Assembly (NCBI GenBank): GCA_963829295.1
Contig: CAWHHU010000003.1
Location: 456,463-520,462, forward strand
DNA from: an uncultured Chloroflexia bacterium
GTDB taxonomy: Bacteria; Chloroflexota; Limnocylindria; Limnocylindrales; CSP1-4
Reading direction: 5' to 3'
DNA: 64,000 nt
Part shown: one piece after another, positions 28,098-38,565 of the stretch
Layout: every line of letters begins with the position of its first letter
Position numbering within the stretch: position 1 is the first letter of the stretch
Translations under genes and position numbers: made by a program
The notes under the pieces: model-generated
Seen by the model: the letters and a program-made list of their open reading frames with translations, nothing else
Told to the model about the DNA's origin: nothing
Databases searched by the model: none

Positions 28098-28580
28098 GTG
28101 GACGACGCGGTCATCTACGAGCCCTATGGCTGGGACGACGAGCTCACGGGCCTCGACGGACCAGACCTCTGGCAGCGGGTGCTCGTGGCCGAAGCTGCGC
28201 GGGTCGCGAAGTACCACCGCCCGTTCACCGTGGTGGTGGTCGAGCTCGAGGGCATCCTCGAGCTGTGCGAGGTCTGGGGGGACGACCTCGCCCGGCATGC
28301 GATGCGCGTCATCGCGCAATGCCTCAGCCGCGAGACACGGGCGAGCGACTACTGCACCCGGATCGCGCTCACCCGCTTCGGGGTGGCGCTCACCGAGACC
28401 GACGAGATCGAGGCGATCAACTTCGTCGAGCGGGTTCGCGAATCGGTGCTCGGTGCGCTTCCCGGTGGCGCCGAGGCGCTCCGGCTCAGCTTCGGCTGGG
28501 CGAGCCCCAATCCCGGCGAATCCGCGGGATCCCTCGTCAACCGTGCCGAGCGACGTCTGATCGGCGAGCTGCTGCGGTAG
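28098..28580 (+). CDS. Stand-alone GGDEF-fold protein with degenerate active site
   Basis: DELTGL, E.AR..KY.RP, GD..., R.SD..R; IALTRF in place of GGDEF. Confidence 0.78.
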   Translation: MDDAVIYEPYGWDDELTGLDGPDLWQRVLVAEAARVAKYHRPFTVVVVELEGILELCEVWGDDLARHAMRVIAQCLSRETRASDYCTRIALTRFGVALTETDEIEAINFVERVRESVLGALPGGAEALRLSFGWASPNPGESAGSLVNRAERRLIGELLR

Positions 28581-28714
28581 CCCGTCGATCGCCGATCGCC
28601 GCCATCGCCGCCATCGCCGCCCGGCAGGTGGCCCCTCGCCAGCCCTGCGCCCGGCCCCTCGCCCAGCCTCGCTGTCGTCGCTCGGCGTCACCCTCGTCGC
28701 CCGGTCGCTGGCCC

Positions 28715-28841
28715 CCGCCCGTTCTGCGCCCGGTGTACCTCGCCCGTTCGTCGCCCAGGCCTCGCCCCTCGCCCGTTCGTCGGCCGGTGCTGGCGTCGTC
28801 GCCCGTTCGCGCCGTCGTCGTCCGGCTCCTTCGCCCGTTCG
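28715..28841 (+). repeat. Array of TCGCCCGTTCG motifs spaced 25-32 bp apart
   Basis: Exact copies at 28740, 28769, 28799 and 28831; partial copy at ~28715; differing intervening sequence. Confidence 0.8.
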
Positions 28842-28901
28842 CGCCGCCGTCGCCCGGCTCCCTCACCCCCTCTCGGCCAGATCGCGGGCCGAGGGCCGCG
28901 C

Positions 28902-29393
28902 TCATCGGTGGCCCGGCCCCCAGCTGCCGGTTACCTGGCGAAGGACCGCAAGCTCTCCCACGTGGTACGAGCTGTGGTTGGCGATCACGCGCAACGCGCG
29001 CGTCACCGTGTGCTGCGGCGCGTGCGGGATCGGCGCCAGCACGTCCACCGCAGGATCGCGCGCAATCATCTCGAGCTCGCGCCGGTCGGCCATGAAGCCC
29101 TCGACCGATGCCGCGAACCCGGCCGGCGTCGTCTCGGCCGCCGGATCCGGCCAGTACTCGCGCGGCCATTCGGGGGAGAGGTGACCCGGATCGCGCATGT
29201 ACTCGAGCATGTCCCATTGCGTGATCCGCAGGTGCTCGACGAGCTGCCACGGCGTGTACTCGACGTTGGGCGGTCGCGTGTTGATGGCCCAGGTGGGGAA
29301 ATCGGCGACCGCCTCCTCGAATGGCATATGCGCATCCGCGCCGCGCAACCCTCGCACCAGCTGCTCGCGAATGTCATCCGTGTTGCCCGTCAT
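28902..29393 (-). CDS. DinB/YfiT-family protein
   Basis: AHMPFEEAV, TPWQLVEHLRI.Q.D, HSSYHVGEL His motif. Confidence 0.88.
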   Translation of the reverse strand: MTGNTDDIREQLVRGLRGADAHMPFEEAVADFPTWAINTRPPNVEYTPWQLVEHLRITQWDMLEYMRDPGHLSPEWPREYWPDPAAETTPAGFAASVEGFMADRRELEMIARDPAVDVLAPIPHAPQHTVTRALRVIANHSSYHVGELAVLRQVTGSWGPGHR

Positions 29394-29590
29394 CGCCTCG
29401 ACCTCCGTAGTCCACGATCCCGTCTCCGATCCGCTCCGCGCGCCGGCGTCCGCGCACCGGCGTCCTCGCGCCGGGATCCTCGCGCCATTGTCCTCGCGCC
29501 GGTCGCGCATGCTCGGCGCCGCGCTTCGGGCTCTCGTGGCCGGCCCGGAGCACAGGGCTCCTCGCACCGGGCTCCGCGTACCTGCGCCGC

Positions 29591-29769
29591 ATGCGTGACA
29601 CGCTTAGCCGGCGTGCATTCGGCCGCATGCGCGCCGGCCGCCCTCCTGACCCGCCGCGTTGCCGCCGACCTCATGCGTCACAGGCATGGAACCGGCGATA
29701 TCCCGCACCGCCCGCCCGGGCGGACCTCCACACACAGCCGTATATCGCACAGCTAAGCGTGTCACGCAT
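29591..29769. mobile_element. MITE-like 179-bp element
   Basis: Perfect 18-bp inverted repeats ATGCGTGACACGCTTAGC (29591-29608 / 29752-29769), flanked by direct repeat CGCCGC (29585-29590, 29770-29775); no credible CDS inside. Confidence 0.55.
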
Positions 29770-29788
29770 CGCCGCGCCACTGGGCCGG

Positions 29789-29943
29789 TGGGCGCGGTCG
29801 CGAGCGACGGTCGTGGCCACGGGCGATGACCGCGGCCACTGGGCGATGGCCGGGTCCGGCCTGGGCCGGTGGGCCGCTGGGCCGGTGGCCGCTGGGCCGC
29901 TGGGCGCGGCCGCGAGCGGAGGCCGTGGCCACGGGCGATGACC
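29789..29943 (+). repeat. Two 43-bp direct repeats plus TGGGCCG(G/C) tandem units
   Basis: 29789-29831 and 29901-29943 differ at 4 positions. Confidence 0.85.
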
Positions 29944-30156
29944 AAGTACCGCCTGGGCAGGTGGGCCGGTAAGCCGGTGCACGTGACCACGGAAACGGGC
30001 GTCGGAACGGGCGATGGCCGCGCTCGGGGTGGCGGAGCTGCGATCGCCTGCACTGCCTCGCCCGGCATATCTGCCATCTTCGGGGCCACCGCGCGCCCGG
30101 CGCGGCGCCAGCCGGTGGCGCTGCGGCGGCGCCCGAGCAGCGATGACGATGCGGCC

Positions 30157-31026
30157 CTACAGCTCCTCGAACCGGAACCGGTCGCGATCCGGGGTCAGGC
30201 GGCCCACCGGGTTGCGCGACTCGTGCGACAGCGCCACCAGCCAGTCGTCCTCGACCGCGCGCCGGAACAGCTCGCCCTTGACGGCCACGCTGTCGAGCGG
30301 GAAGTCGTCGAACGCCGTCACCCACCGGGGGTTGGCGGCCCACGGGCGCATGCACAGATCGCCGAAGAACGCGAGCGCCCGGGCGCCCGGACCGGTCCCA
30401 CGGACGAGGATCGCCTGGTGTCCCGCCGAGTGGCCGCCGGTCCGAACCACGGACACGCCCGGCAACAGCTCGCGGTCGCCTTCGGCCCAGCCCTCGGCAC
30501 CCCAGTCCGCGACCAGCCGCAGCTCGGGCTGGTCGTAGGAGGCCCCGATGCGACTGTTGTCACCCAGCGCGATCTCCCATTCCGCACGCTGGGCCACGAT
30601 CCGTGCCCGAGGGAACGCACGCGACCCGTCGCCGAGCAGGAGCCCACCCGCGTGATCGAAATGGAGATGGCTCATGGCCACCACGTCCACCGTGGCGGGA
30701 TCGAACCCGGCCTCACGCAGGGCCGGCACCACCGGCGTTCCCCGGTAGTCGCGCATGGCGCGGTTCTTGTCGTCCAGCCGCTCACCGATCCCGGTCTCGA
30801 TCAGGACCCGGCCGGCGGGCGTCTCGACCAGCAGGCAGTTGAGCGCCTGGAGGAGCCGCCGGTTGGCATCGAGCTCGCTCTCGCCCCATGGGCGCCACAG
30901 GATCCAGGGGACCGGACCGAACAGGGCGCCGGCGTCGGATCGGAACGTGCCGGCCTGGATCAGGGCGACGGTCGTGCCGCCGCCGAGGTCGGTTCGCCAA
31001 TGGACCGCGTCGTTCAGTCCCGTAAT
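30157..31026 (-). CDS. MBL-fold metallo-hydrolase; start apparently non-canonical (ATT 31026 or CTG 31017)
   Basis: [41 protein letters not shown]; no in-frame ATG/GTG/TTG between the stop at 31347 and 30756. Confidence 0.85.
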   Translation of the reverse strand: MTGLNDAVHWRTDLGGGTTVALIQAGTFRSDAGALFGPVPWILWRPWGESELDANRRLLQALNCLLVETPAGRVLIETGIGERLDDKNRAMRDYRGTPVVPALREAGFDPATVDVVAMSHLHFDHAGGLLLGDGSRAFPRARIVAQRAEWEIALGDNSRIGASYDQPELRLVADWGAEGWAEGDRELLPGVSVVRTGGHSAGHQAILVRGTGPGARALAFFGDLCMRPWAANPRWVTAFDDFPLDSVAVKGELFRRAVEDDWLVALSHESRNPVGRLTPDRDRFRFEEL

Positions 31027-31625
31027 GGTTCCTCCTCGTGCCGTGCGAGCTTGCGCCCGCGATCGAAGTCTGCGTGGAAGGCGGACGCGGTGGGCTCGGA
31101 CTGCCCCTGGTACTTCGACCCGAGCTCCGCCGAGCCGTATGGACGCTCCACCGGCGAGCTCATCCGGAAAAAGCTGATCTGGCCGATCCGCATCCCGGCA
31201 TAGAGCGCGATCGGCAGGTTGGCGACGTTGGACAGCTCGAGGGTGAGCGTGCCCTTCCAGCCGGGATCGACATAGCCCGCGGTCGAATGGATGAGCAGCC
31301 CCAGGCGGCCAAGCGAGCTCTTCCCTTCGAGCCTGGCGACGAGGTCACCGGGCAGCTCCACCCATTCGAGCGTCTGGCCCAGCACGAACTCCCCCGGATG
31401 CAGGATGAACGGCTCCTCGTCGTCGACGGTCAGCAGCTCGGTCAGGTCCGGCTGCGGCGTGCGGGGGTCGATGAACGCGTACCGGTTGTTGCGGAACACA
31501 CGGAACCTGCGATCGAGGTGGAGATCCACCGACGATGGCTGGAGATCCGCGGGATCGTAGGGGTCGATCCGGACCCGGCCGGTCTCAAGCTCCGCCCGGA
31601 TGTCGCGATCGGCGAGCACGCTCAC
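31014..31625 (-). CDS. dcd: dCTP deaminase
   Basis: [40 protein letters not shown]. Confidence 0.96.
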   Translation of the reverse strand: MSVLADRDIRAELETGRVRIDPYDPADLQPSSVDLHLDRRFRVFRNNRYAFIDPRTPQPDLTELLTVDDEEPFILHPGEFVLGQTLEWVELPGDLVARLEGKSSLGRLGLLIHSTAGYVDPGWKGTLTLELSNVANLPIALYAGMRIGQISFFRMSSPVERPYGSAELGSKYQGQSEPTASAFHADFDRGRKLARHEEEPLRD

Positions 31626-32107
31626 GCGCTGAGGCTCCCCTTCCTGGCCGCGCGACCCTCGGCGAACAGCGAGTCAACCTCGCGCTTGAGGTCGGCGAGG
31701 TCCTCGAAGCTCTGGTAGACCGAGGCGAACCGGATGTAGGCGATGTGGTCCAGGGACCGCAGGCTGGCCATCGCCATCGCGCCGATCCGCGAGCTCGGGA
31801 TCTCGGACTGCCCGGACGAGCGCAGCTCGCTCTCAATGGCGTCGGCTGCCCGCTCCGCCGCGTCGTCCGGGACGGGACGCCGGGTCAGCGCCTTGGCGAG
31901 GCCCGATGCGAGCTTGTCCCGATCGAACTCCTGGCGCGTACCGTCACGCTTGGCGACCACGAGGCGCGCTGCTTCCACGCGCTCGTAGGTGGTGAACCGG
32001 GTCGAGCAGGCCGGGCATTCCCGGCGACGCCGGATGGTCGTCGCCTCCTCAAGGTCCCGCGAGTCCACGACGCGCGTGTCGCGGGTGCCGCACTGGGGGC
32101 AGCGCAT
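31622..32107 (-). CDS. nrdR: Transcriptional repressor NrdR
   Basis: CPQC...VVDSR...[16 protein letters not shown]; ATP cone; [10 protein letters not shown]. Confidence 0.97.
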   Translation of the reverse strand: MRCPQCGTRDTRVVDSRDLEEATTIRRRRECPACSTRFTTYERVEAARLVVAKRDGTRQEFDRDKLASGLAKALTRRPVPDDAAERAADAIESELRSSGQSEIPSSRIGAMAMASLRSLDHIAYIRFASVYQSFEDLADLKREVDSLFAEGRAARKGSLSA

Positions 32108-32128
32108 TCGCCCTCCGAGTCCTACCCA

Positions 32129-32175
32129 CCACAATCCCTAGTGGTGCGAATCGAGCATACCACTACATGCGGGGG
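32129..32175. promoter_or_regulatory. Tandem NrdR-box-like sites
   Basis: CCACAATCCCTAGTGG (32129-32144) and CCACTACATGCGGGGG (32160-32175), 31 bp start to start, directly upstream of nrdR. Confidence 0.6.
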
Positions 32176-32804
32176 TGTTGCGGGGAGTCATCGCCCTCCC
32201 AGCCATCGACCGGATACGTCGGCCGGGCGCGCCCGGTGCCGACTGCCGTGGGTCGCCCCCGGGACCCGGAGCCGGTGCGCTCGATGAGGTCGGCGGGTCG
32301 GATCGAGGCGATCTCCGCGACCACCCGGGCGCTCGCCTCCCGCGCATGGCGCAGGTTGAGCGCCCCCCGCTTGAGCGACGTCTGCGCCTCGAGCTCCCGG
32401 CCGCTGCGACCGGCGAGCAGCGCATCGAGGCCGTGCTCGACCATGTCGGCCGCACGGCTCGCCCGTTCGACCTCGTCGGCCAGCGCCGTGCGCAGGGCCG
32501 CCGTCCCGGTTGGCGCCCGCAGCCCGCGCGCCTCGCCGACCAGCCCGCGCAGGGCCGTCTGGGTGGCCTCCAGGTGGTCGGCGAGGGCCTGCGGATCGCC
32601 CGCCCGCCGGCGGATGTCGTCGAGCCGGCTGACCATCGGCTCCGTGATCGCCGCCAGCTGCGTGTCGAGCGAGCCCGCCGATCGCTGGAAGTGCTCGAGG
32701 TCACGGGTTCGGGCCACCAGCACCGACATCCGCCGGAGCACGATGGCGAACATCGCCGCGAGCGCGATCAGGACGATCAGCCAGACCGCCACTCCCACCG
32801 TCAT
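32163..32804 (-). CDS. Hypothetical protein with N-terminal TM helix and helical cytoplasmic domain
   Basis: Hydrophobic N-terminus; co-oriented within the etf-nrdR gene run. Confidence 0.65.
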   Translation of the reverse strand: MTVGVAVWLIVLIALAAMFAIVLRRMSVLVARTRDLEHFQRSAGSLDTQLAAITEPMVSRLDDIRRRAGDPQALADHLEATQTALRGLVGEARGLRAPTGTAALRTALADEVERASRAADMVEHGLDALLAGRSGRELEAQTSLKRGALNLRHAREASARVVAEIASIRPADLIERTGSGSRGRPTAVGTGRARPTYPVDGWEGDDSPQHPRM

Positions 32805-32840
32805 CGTCGGCCGCCCCGTCCCCGATCGCGCCCTGGCTCG

Positions 32841-33818
32841 TCAGCCACCGCGTCGCGCGCGGAGCTCGGCTGCGAGGGCGGGCCCGACATCGAACAGATC
32901 GCCTACCACCAGCAGGTCGGCGATCTCGCCGATCGGTGCGTCAGGGTCCCTGTTGACGGCCACGATCGCGTCGGCCGACTGCATCCCCACCCGATGCTGC
33001 ATCGCGCCCGACACCCCGAGCCCGAGGTAGAGGGCGGGCTTGACGATCTTGCCCGTCTGGCCGATCTGGCGCGCGTAGGCGATCCAGCCCGCGTCGACGG
33101 ATGCGCGGGTGGCCCCGACCACGCCGCCCAGCACCTCGGCCAGCTCGTCGACCAGGCTGAAGCCGTCCGGTCCCCCGATGCCCCGCCCGCCGACCACGAC
33201 CACCCGGGCCTCCTCGAGCGACACCTCGGCACCCGCCTCGGCGACGCGATCCAGGACCTTCGCCGTCGGGATGGGCGGTGAGCCGTCCGCGTCCCTTGCC
33301 ACCACGCTGCCCTGCGTGCCGGCCGGCTCGCTGGTCACGGCTCCCGGGCGCACGGTGACGACACCCGTCTGCCCGGTCAATGTGCTGCGGACGATGGCCT
33401 TGCCGCCGAGCACGCTCGCCTCGATCACGGGTCCGGGTCCGTCCCAGGTGACCGAGCCGGCGTTCGCGAGCAGACCCCAGCCGAGCCGGCCCACGATGAG
33501 GCCGGCCAGGTCGCGGGCGTCGGCGGTGACTCCCAGCAGCACGTGCGTGACGCCCGCGGCCGCCAGCCGATCGATCTCGACCAGCGCATGGGGCGCCCAT
33601 GTCTCGCCCGCCGTTGCCGGCGCCGTGACGGCCTCGACGTGGGGCAGGTACGTCGCAAGCTCCGCTGCGGCAGCGTCGGGCGCCGGGTCGACGACCAGCC
33701 CCAGCGCGCTGCCACCGGCCGCCTCGGCGAGCGATCGGGCCAGGGTCGCGGTCTCGCCCGACAGCCGACTCAAGGCCCCGTCGGTCACCTCCCCGACCGC
33801 GAGGATGCGCGGTGCCAT
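32841..33818 (-). CDS. etfA: Electron transfer flavoprotein alpha subunit
   Basis: LEEARVVVVGGRG, GATRASVDAGW, QIGQTGKIVKP, SGAMQHRVGM. Confidence 0.95.
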   Translation of the reverse strand: MAPRILAVGEVTDGALSRLSGETATLARSLAEAAGGSALGLVVDPAPDAAAAELATYLPHVEAVTAPATAGETWAPHALVEIDRLAAAGVTHVLLGVTADARDLAGLIVGRLGWGLLANAGSVTWDGPGPVIEASVLGGKAIVRSTLTGQTGVVTVRPGAVTSEPAGTQGSVVARDADGSPPIPTAKVLDRVAEAGAEVSLEEARVVVVGGRGIGGPDGFSLVDELAEVLGGVVGATRASVDAGWIAYARQIGQTGKIVKPALYLGLGVSGAMQHRVGMQSADAIVAVNRDPDAPIGEIADLLVVGDLFDVGPALAAELRARRGG

Positions 33819-34603
33819 CAGATCAGCCTCCGATCGGCGAGGAAGTCCGCGATCTCGCGCGCGGCTTCGGGCGCCGGCGCCCTGATCACGCGCCCGGCGG
33901 CACGCGCGGGAGGTGGATCGGCGGCGATGACCCGCGTGGCCCAGGCACCGTCCGACGGTGCCAGCCCGCCGTCCAGATCCGCCAGCCCCAGCACCGCGAT
34001 CTCGCGCGAGCGGGCGGCCATGATCCCCTTGAGCGATGGATACCGCGGCGCGCCCAGCGCCTGCGTGCACGAGACGACGGCGGGCATCGGTGCCTCGATG
34101 ACGTCGTACCCGCGTGCGCTCAGGCGCCGCACGCGGACCGTCCCCCCGGTGGGATCGGGCTCGATCGCCGCGGCCGACGACAGCAGCGGGAGGCCCAGCC
34201 TGGCCGCGATCCCGGCCGCCACGGCGCCGCCTGTCCCGTCGGACGTGTCGAGGCCGGCCAGCAGCAGATCGAACGTCTCCTTGGCCGCGGCAGCCGCCAG
34301 GACCCTGACCGTGGTCGGGATGTCGGCCCCGGCCAGGGCGGGATCCGTGACCAGGACGCCGCGCAGCGCACCCATCGCGAGCGCCTTGCGCATGGTGTCG
34401 GTGGCATTCGCCGGGGCCATCGACATGATGGCGACCTCGCCGCCATGGGCTTCCACCAGCTGGAGGGCGGCCTCGAGCGCGTACTCGTCGTTGCCGTTGA
34501 CGACGGTTGGCGACGCTGCCCGGTCGAGCCGGTGGTCGGGACCAAGTCGCTCCGAGCCCGCGGCCGGATCGGGAACGGGCTTGGTCAGGACGAGGATTCG
34601 CAC
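33818..34603 (-). CDS. etfB: Electron transfer flavoprotein beta subunit
   Basis: VLTKPVPD, DEYALEAAL, LRKALAMGA, PRYPSLKGIMAA. Confidence 0.95.
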   Translation of the reverse strand: MRILVLTKPVPDPAAGSERLGPDHRLDRAASPTVVNGNDEYALEAALQLVEAHGGEVAIMSMAPANATDTMRKALAMGALRGVLVTDPALAGADIPTTVRVLAAAAAKETFDLLLAGLDTSDGTGGAVAAGIAARLGLPLLSSAAAIEPDPTGGTVRVRRLSARGYDVIEAPMPAVVSCTQALGAPRYPSLKGIMAARSREIAVLGLADLDGGLAPSDGAWATRVIAADPPPARAAGRVIRAPAPEAAREIADFLADRRLI

Positions 34604-34663
34604 GCGGTCACTGCTCCTGGGTACCTGGCTACCGGGTCCATTCGCGCCGGCCCGGCACGCGGC

Positions 34664-35851
<1,188 letters not shown>

Positions 35852-35982
35852 CGTAGCAGCGGCCGGGCCGCATCCGATCGTCAGGCGTGACATCCAGCGC
35901 ACCTCCGTCTACGCTGGAGGCGCGACCGGCGTGGGTGCCAACGGCCACCGGGGGTCCGGGCTCCCGCCGGAAGGGATGCACG

Positions 35983-36207
35983 ATGGACCAGACTTACCTG
36001 CTCCTGCTCGGGGTCGCCGTGCTGGTGGCGATCGTGGCCACGCTCCTGATCAGGACCCGCATGCGCGAGGACGATGCAGAGACCGTGCCGCCCGAATCCC
36101 CATACGCCACCTCCACCGAGGGCATGAAAGTGTGCCCGAGGTGTGGCATGGGCAACCTGTGGACGGATCGCCAGTGCATCAGCTGCGGAGCGGCGCTCAA
36201 GGGCTGA
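35983..36207 (+). CDS. Small membrane-anchored zinc-ribbon protein
   Basis: N-terminal TM helix; CPRCG...CISCG. Confidence 0.7.
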   Translation: MDQTYLLLLGVAVLVAIVATLLIRTRMREDDAETVPPESPYATSTEGMKVCPRCGMGNLWTDRQCISCGAALKG

Positions 36208-36252
36208 GCTTGCCGGGTACCGACGCACCGCCACCGGGTCTCGCGGGTGGCG

Positions 36253-38565
36253 CTACTCGAAGCGGGTCGACTCGCTTGCGGTGACCCGGCCGACGAGCGG
36301 CATGGCCGTCATCACGACCCCCATCGCACCCGCCGTGGCAACGGTCAGCAGCCCGATGACGCCCAGGTCCGGGCCCGGCGACCCACCGCTGCGCAGCGCG
36401 CGAAGGATGACCTGCGCCACGACCGTGCCCAGCAGCGCCGAGAGGATGGCCACCGCCACCAGCGGCGCGGCGGCTTCGAGCAGCAGCACAGCCCGCAGTC
36501 GCCCCAGCGGGATCCCGGACAACCGCAGCAGGGCGAACGGGAGCCTGCGCTCGACCAGGCCGCTGGCCACGGCGATCGCCAGGCTGGCGCCCGCGAGCAG
36601 CATGGCCACGATGACGCCCATGGACACCACGCGGCCCAGCTCGGTGACCGTCGCGGAACTGTCGGTCGCGACCTCACCGATGGTCAGCACGACCGAGGTC
36701 GGCATCGCGACCTCGAGCGCCGTCCTCGCTTGCTCGACCGCAGCCGGCGAGCCGTCGGTCAGCACGGCAATTCGCGTCGGGGCGAAGGCGGCCATACCCG
36801 CCGGGAACGCCGTTGGGTCGATGATCGCGGCCGGGAGTCCCGGGCGCGCACCGGGGGCGACGGTCGCCGGCGCATACCGATCGATTGCCGCCGGGTCGAC
36901 GCTGAGCGAGACGTACTGCACGGGCGCCGTCGTAGCCACCCCCGGACCGCCCAGGAACCGCATCGTGAGCAGGGTCGCCGAGCCAAACGGCCGACCGCCA
37001 GGACCGAGATGGACGAGGCCCGGGCCACAGGTCAGCGTGGGCGCCGCAAGCACCTCGACGAACGATGGGCACGACACCACGATGCCCTGCTGGAAGGCGC
37101 CGTCGGCGTCGATCAGCACCTCGCGCAGCTCGACGGCCTCGAGAGCTCCTGCCGCCACGGCCGCCCGCACCCCGAGCTCGGCGACCGACGCTCGTTCCCC
37201 GGGGACCGTCGCCAGCAGCACGTCCGGTCGCACCGCGAGATCGTCGACGCCGAATCCTGCCGAGGAGGTGAACGAGGCGATCGAGAGATAGGTGCTGCCG
37301 ACGAACACGGCCATCACCATCCCGCCGATCGCGCCGTAGGCGCTTCGCGGATCGTCGGTCAGCCGCCGGCCGGCCAGCAGGCCGACGGGCCCGCGGCTGA
37401 TCCGGGTGACGGCGGCGCCCACCAGCATCGTGACCCACGGGCCGGCGATCCCGATGCCAACGATGATCCCGAGGAAGCTGCCGATCAGGAGCCACAGCAG
37501 CACGTCCCCGATCCCTGTCGACGATGACGCGATGCGAACCACCACGGCCACGAACACGACGAGGCACGCCAGCATCGGCACCAGCCGAAGCCGGCGCAGC
37601 GGTCCCCGACGCTCCCGACGTCGAACGCCCAGCGGCGACGACGCCACCCGGCGCAGCGCCACCACCGCGGCGGCGACACCCACCACCTGGACCACGACCA
37701 GCAGCGCGAGCGCCGGCACGAGCGGCGGGACGATCGTGCCCGGAAACCACGTCGCCTGCGCCAGCGGGATCATCGCGACCAGGGGTCGCAGCAGGAGGAA
37801 CAGGAGCACGCCACCGAGCGCTCCTGGGATCGTGGCTGCCAGCGCCTCGACGGCCGCGAACACGGTCACCTGGCCCGGCGTCGCCCCGGCCAGTCGCAGC
37901 GCCGCCAGCCGCTGCTCGCGACGCGCAGCCGACAGCCGCGTGGCGGTCGCCACGAACACCGCCACCGGCGTCAGCGCGCCAGCCACGGCGAGCACGACCA
38001 GAAGCTGGATCAACGGGTTCGAGGGCACCGGGATCCGGCCCGTCCCATCGAGCGCCGTCGCGACGCGCGCCCCCTCGACGCGGAGCTCGTCCGGGTCTCG
38101 GCCGACGATCATGGCGATCTCGTCGGGCGCCATCAATCCCGCCTCCCCGATCGTGCCCACGACCTGTCCCAGCCGGGCCGCGAGCTGGTCGGGCGGGACC
38201 GTCGCCGCCAGTGACGCCAGGGCGGGCGACACGAACGTCTCCCCGGCCGCCGGGACGTGATCCAGACCGGGCGGCACCGGCGCACCGGGCGAGAGGGCAG
38301 CGACGTCCATGCGCACGATCGAACGGCCCTGCCAGTGATCGTCCGTCCGGGCGAGCATCAGGCCGCGGTTGGCCGTCGCGAGATCGACCGTGCCCGGGGT
38401 GTCCCGCCACGCGGCGTGGGCGTAGCGCGCGATCAGGGCCGGCTCGAACGACAGCGCGAACAGGAGGATGGCCGTGCCGAACGCAACCGCGACCGCGGTG
38501 AGCGCCGTCGTCAGCGCGGTCGACCGGCCGCCCGCGGCGGCCAGGCGCCAGGCGAGCCGGATCAT
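36253..38565 (-). CDS. ABC transporter permease, FtsX-like (two repeats)
   Basis: RLSAARREQRLAALRLAGAT, ERRLPFALLRLSG; multiple TM helices. Confidence 0.9.
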   Translation of the reverse strand: MIRLAWRLAAAGGRSTALTTALTAVAVAFGTAILLFALSFEPALIARYAHAAWRDTPGTVDLATANRGLMLARTDDHWQGRSIVRMDVAALSPGAPVPPGLDHVPAAGETFVSPALASLAATVPPDQLAARLGQVVGTIGEAGLMAPDEIAMIVGRDPDELRVEGARVATALDGTGRIPVPSNPLIQLLVVLAVAGALTPVAVFVATATRLSAARREQRLAALRLAGATPGQVTVFAAVEALAATIPGALGGVLLFLLLRPLVAMIPLAQATWFPGTIVPPLVPALALLVVVQVVGVAAAVVALRRVASSPLGVRRRERRGPLRRLRLVPMLACLVVFVAVVVRIASSSTGIGDVLLWLLIGSFLGIIVGIGIAGPWVTMLVGAAVTRISRGPVGLLAGRRLTDDPRSAYGAIGGMVMAVFVGSTYLSIASFTSSAGFGVDDLAVRPDVLLATVPGERASVAELGVRAAVAAGALEAVELREVLIDADGAFQQGIVVSCPSFVEVLAAPTLTCGPGLVHLGPGGRPFGSATLLTMRFLGGPGVATTAPVQYVSLSVDPAAIDRYAPATVAPGARPGLPAAIIDPTAFPAGMAAFAPTRIAVLTDGSPAAVEQARTALEVAMPTSVVLTIGEVATDSSATVTELGRVVSMGVIVAMLLAGASLAIAVASGLVERRLPFALLRLSGIPLGRLRAVLLLEAAAPLVAVAILSALLGTVVAQVILRALRSGGSPGPDLGVIGLLTVATAGAMGVVMTAMPLVGRVTASESTRFE

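Noticed and set aside
28715-28841. CRISPR array
   Set aside because: Repeats are 11 bp and spacers about 20 bp, both too short; no cas genes; kept as a non-CRISPR motif array
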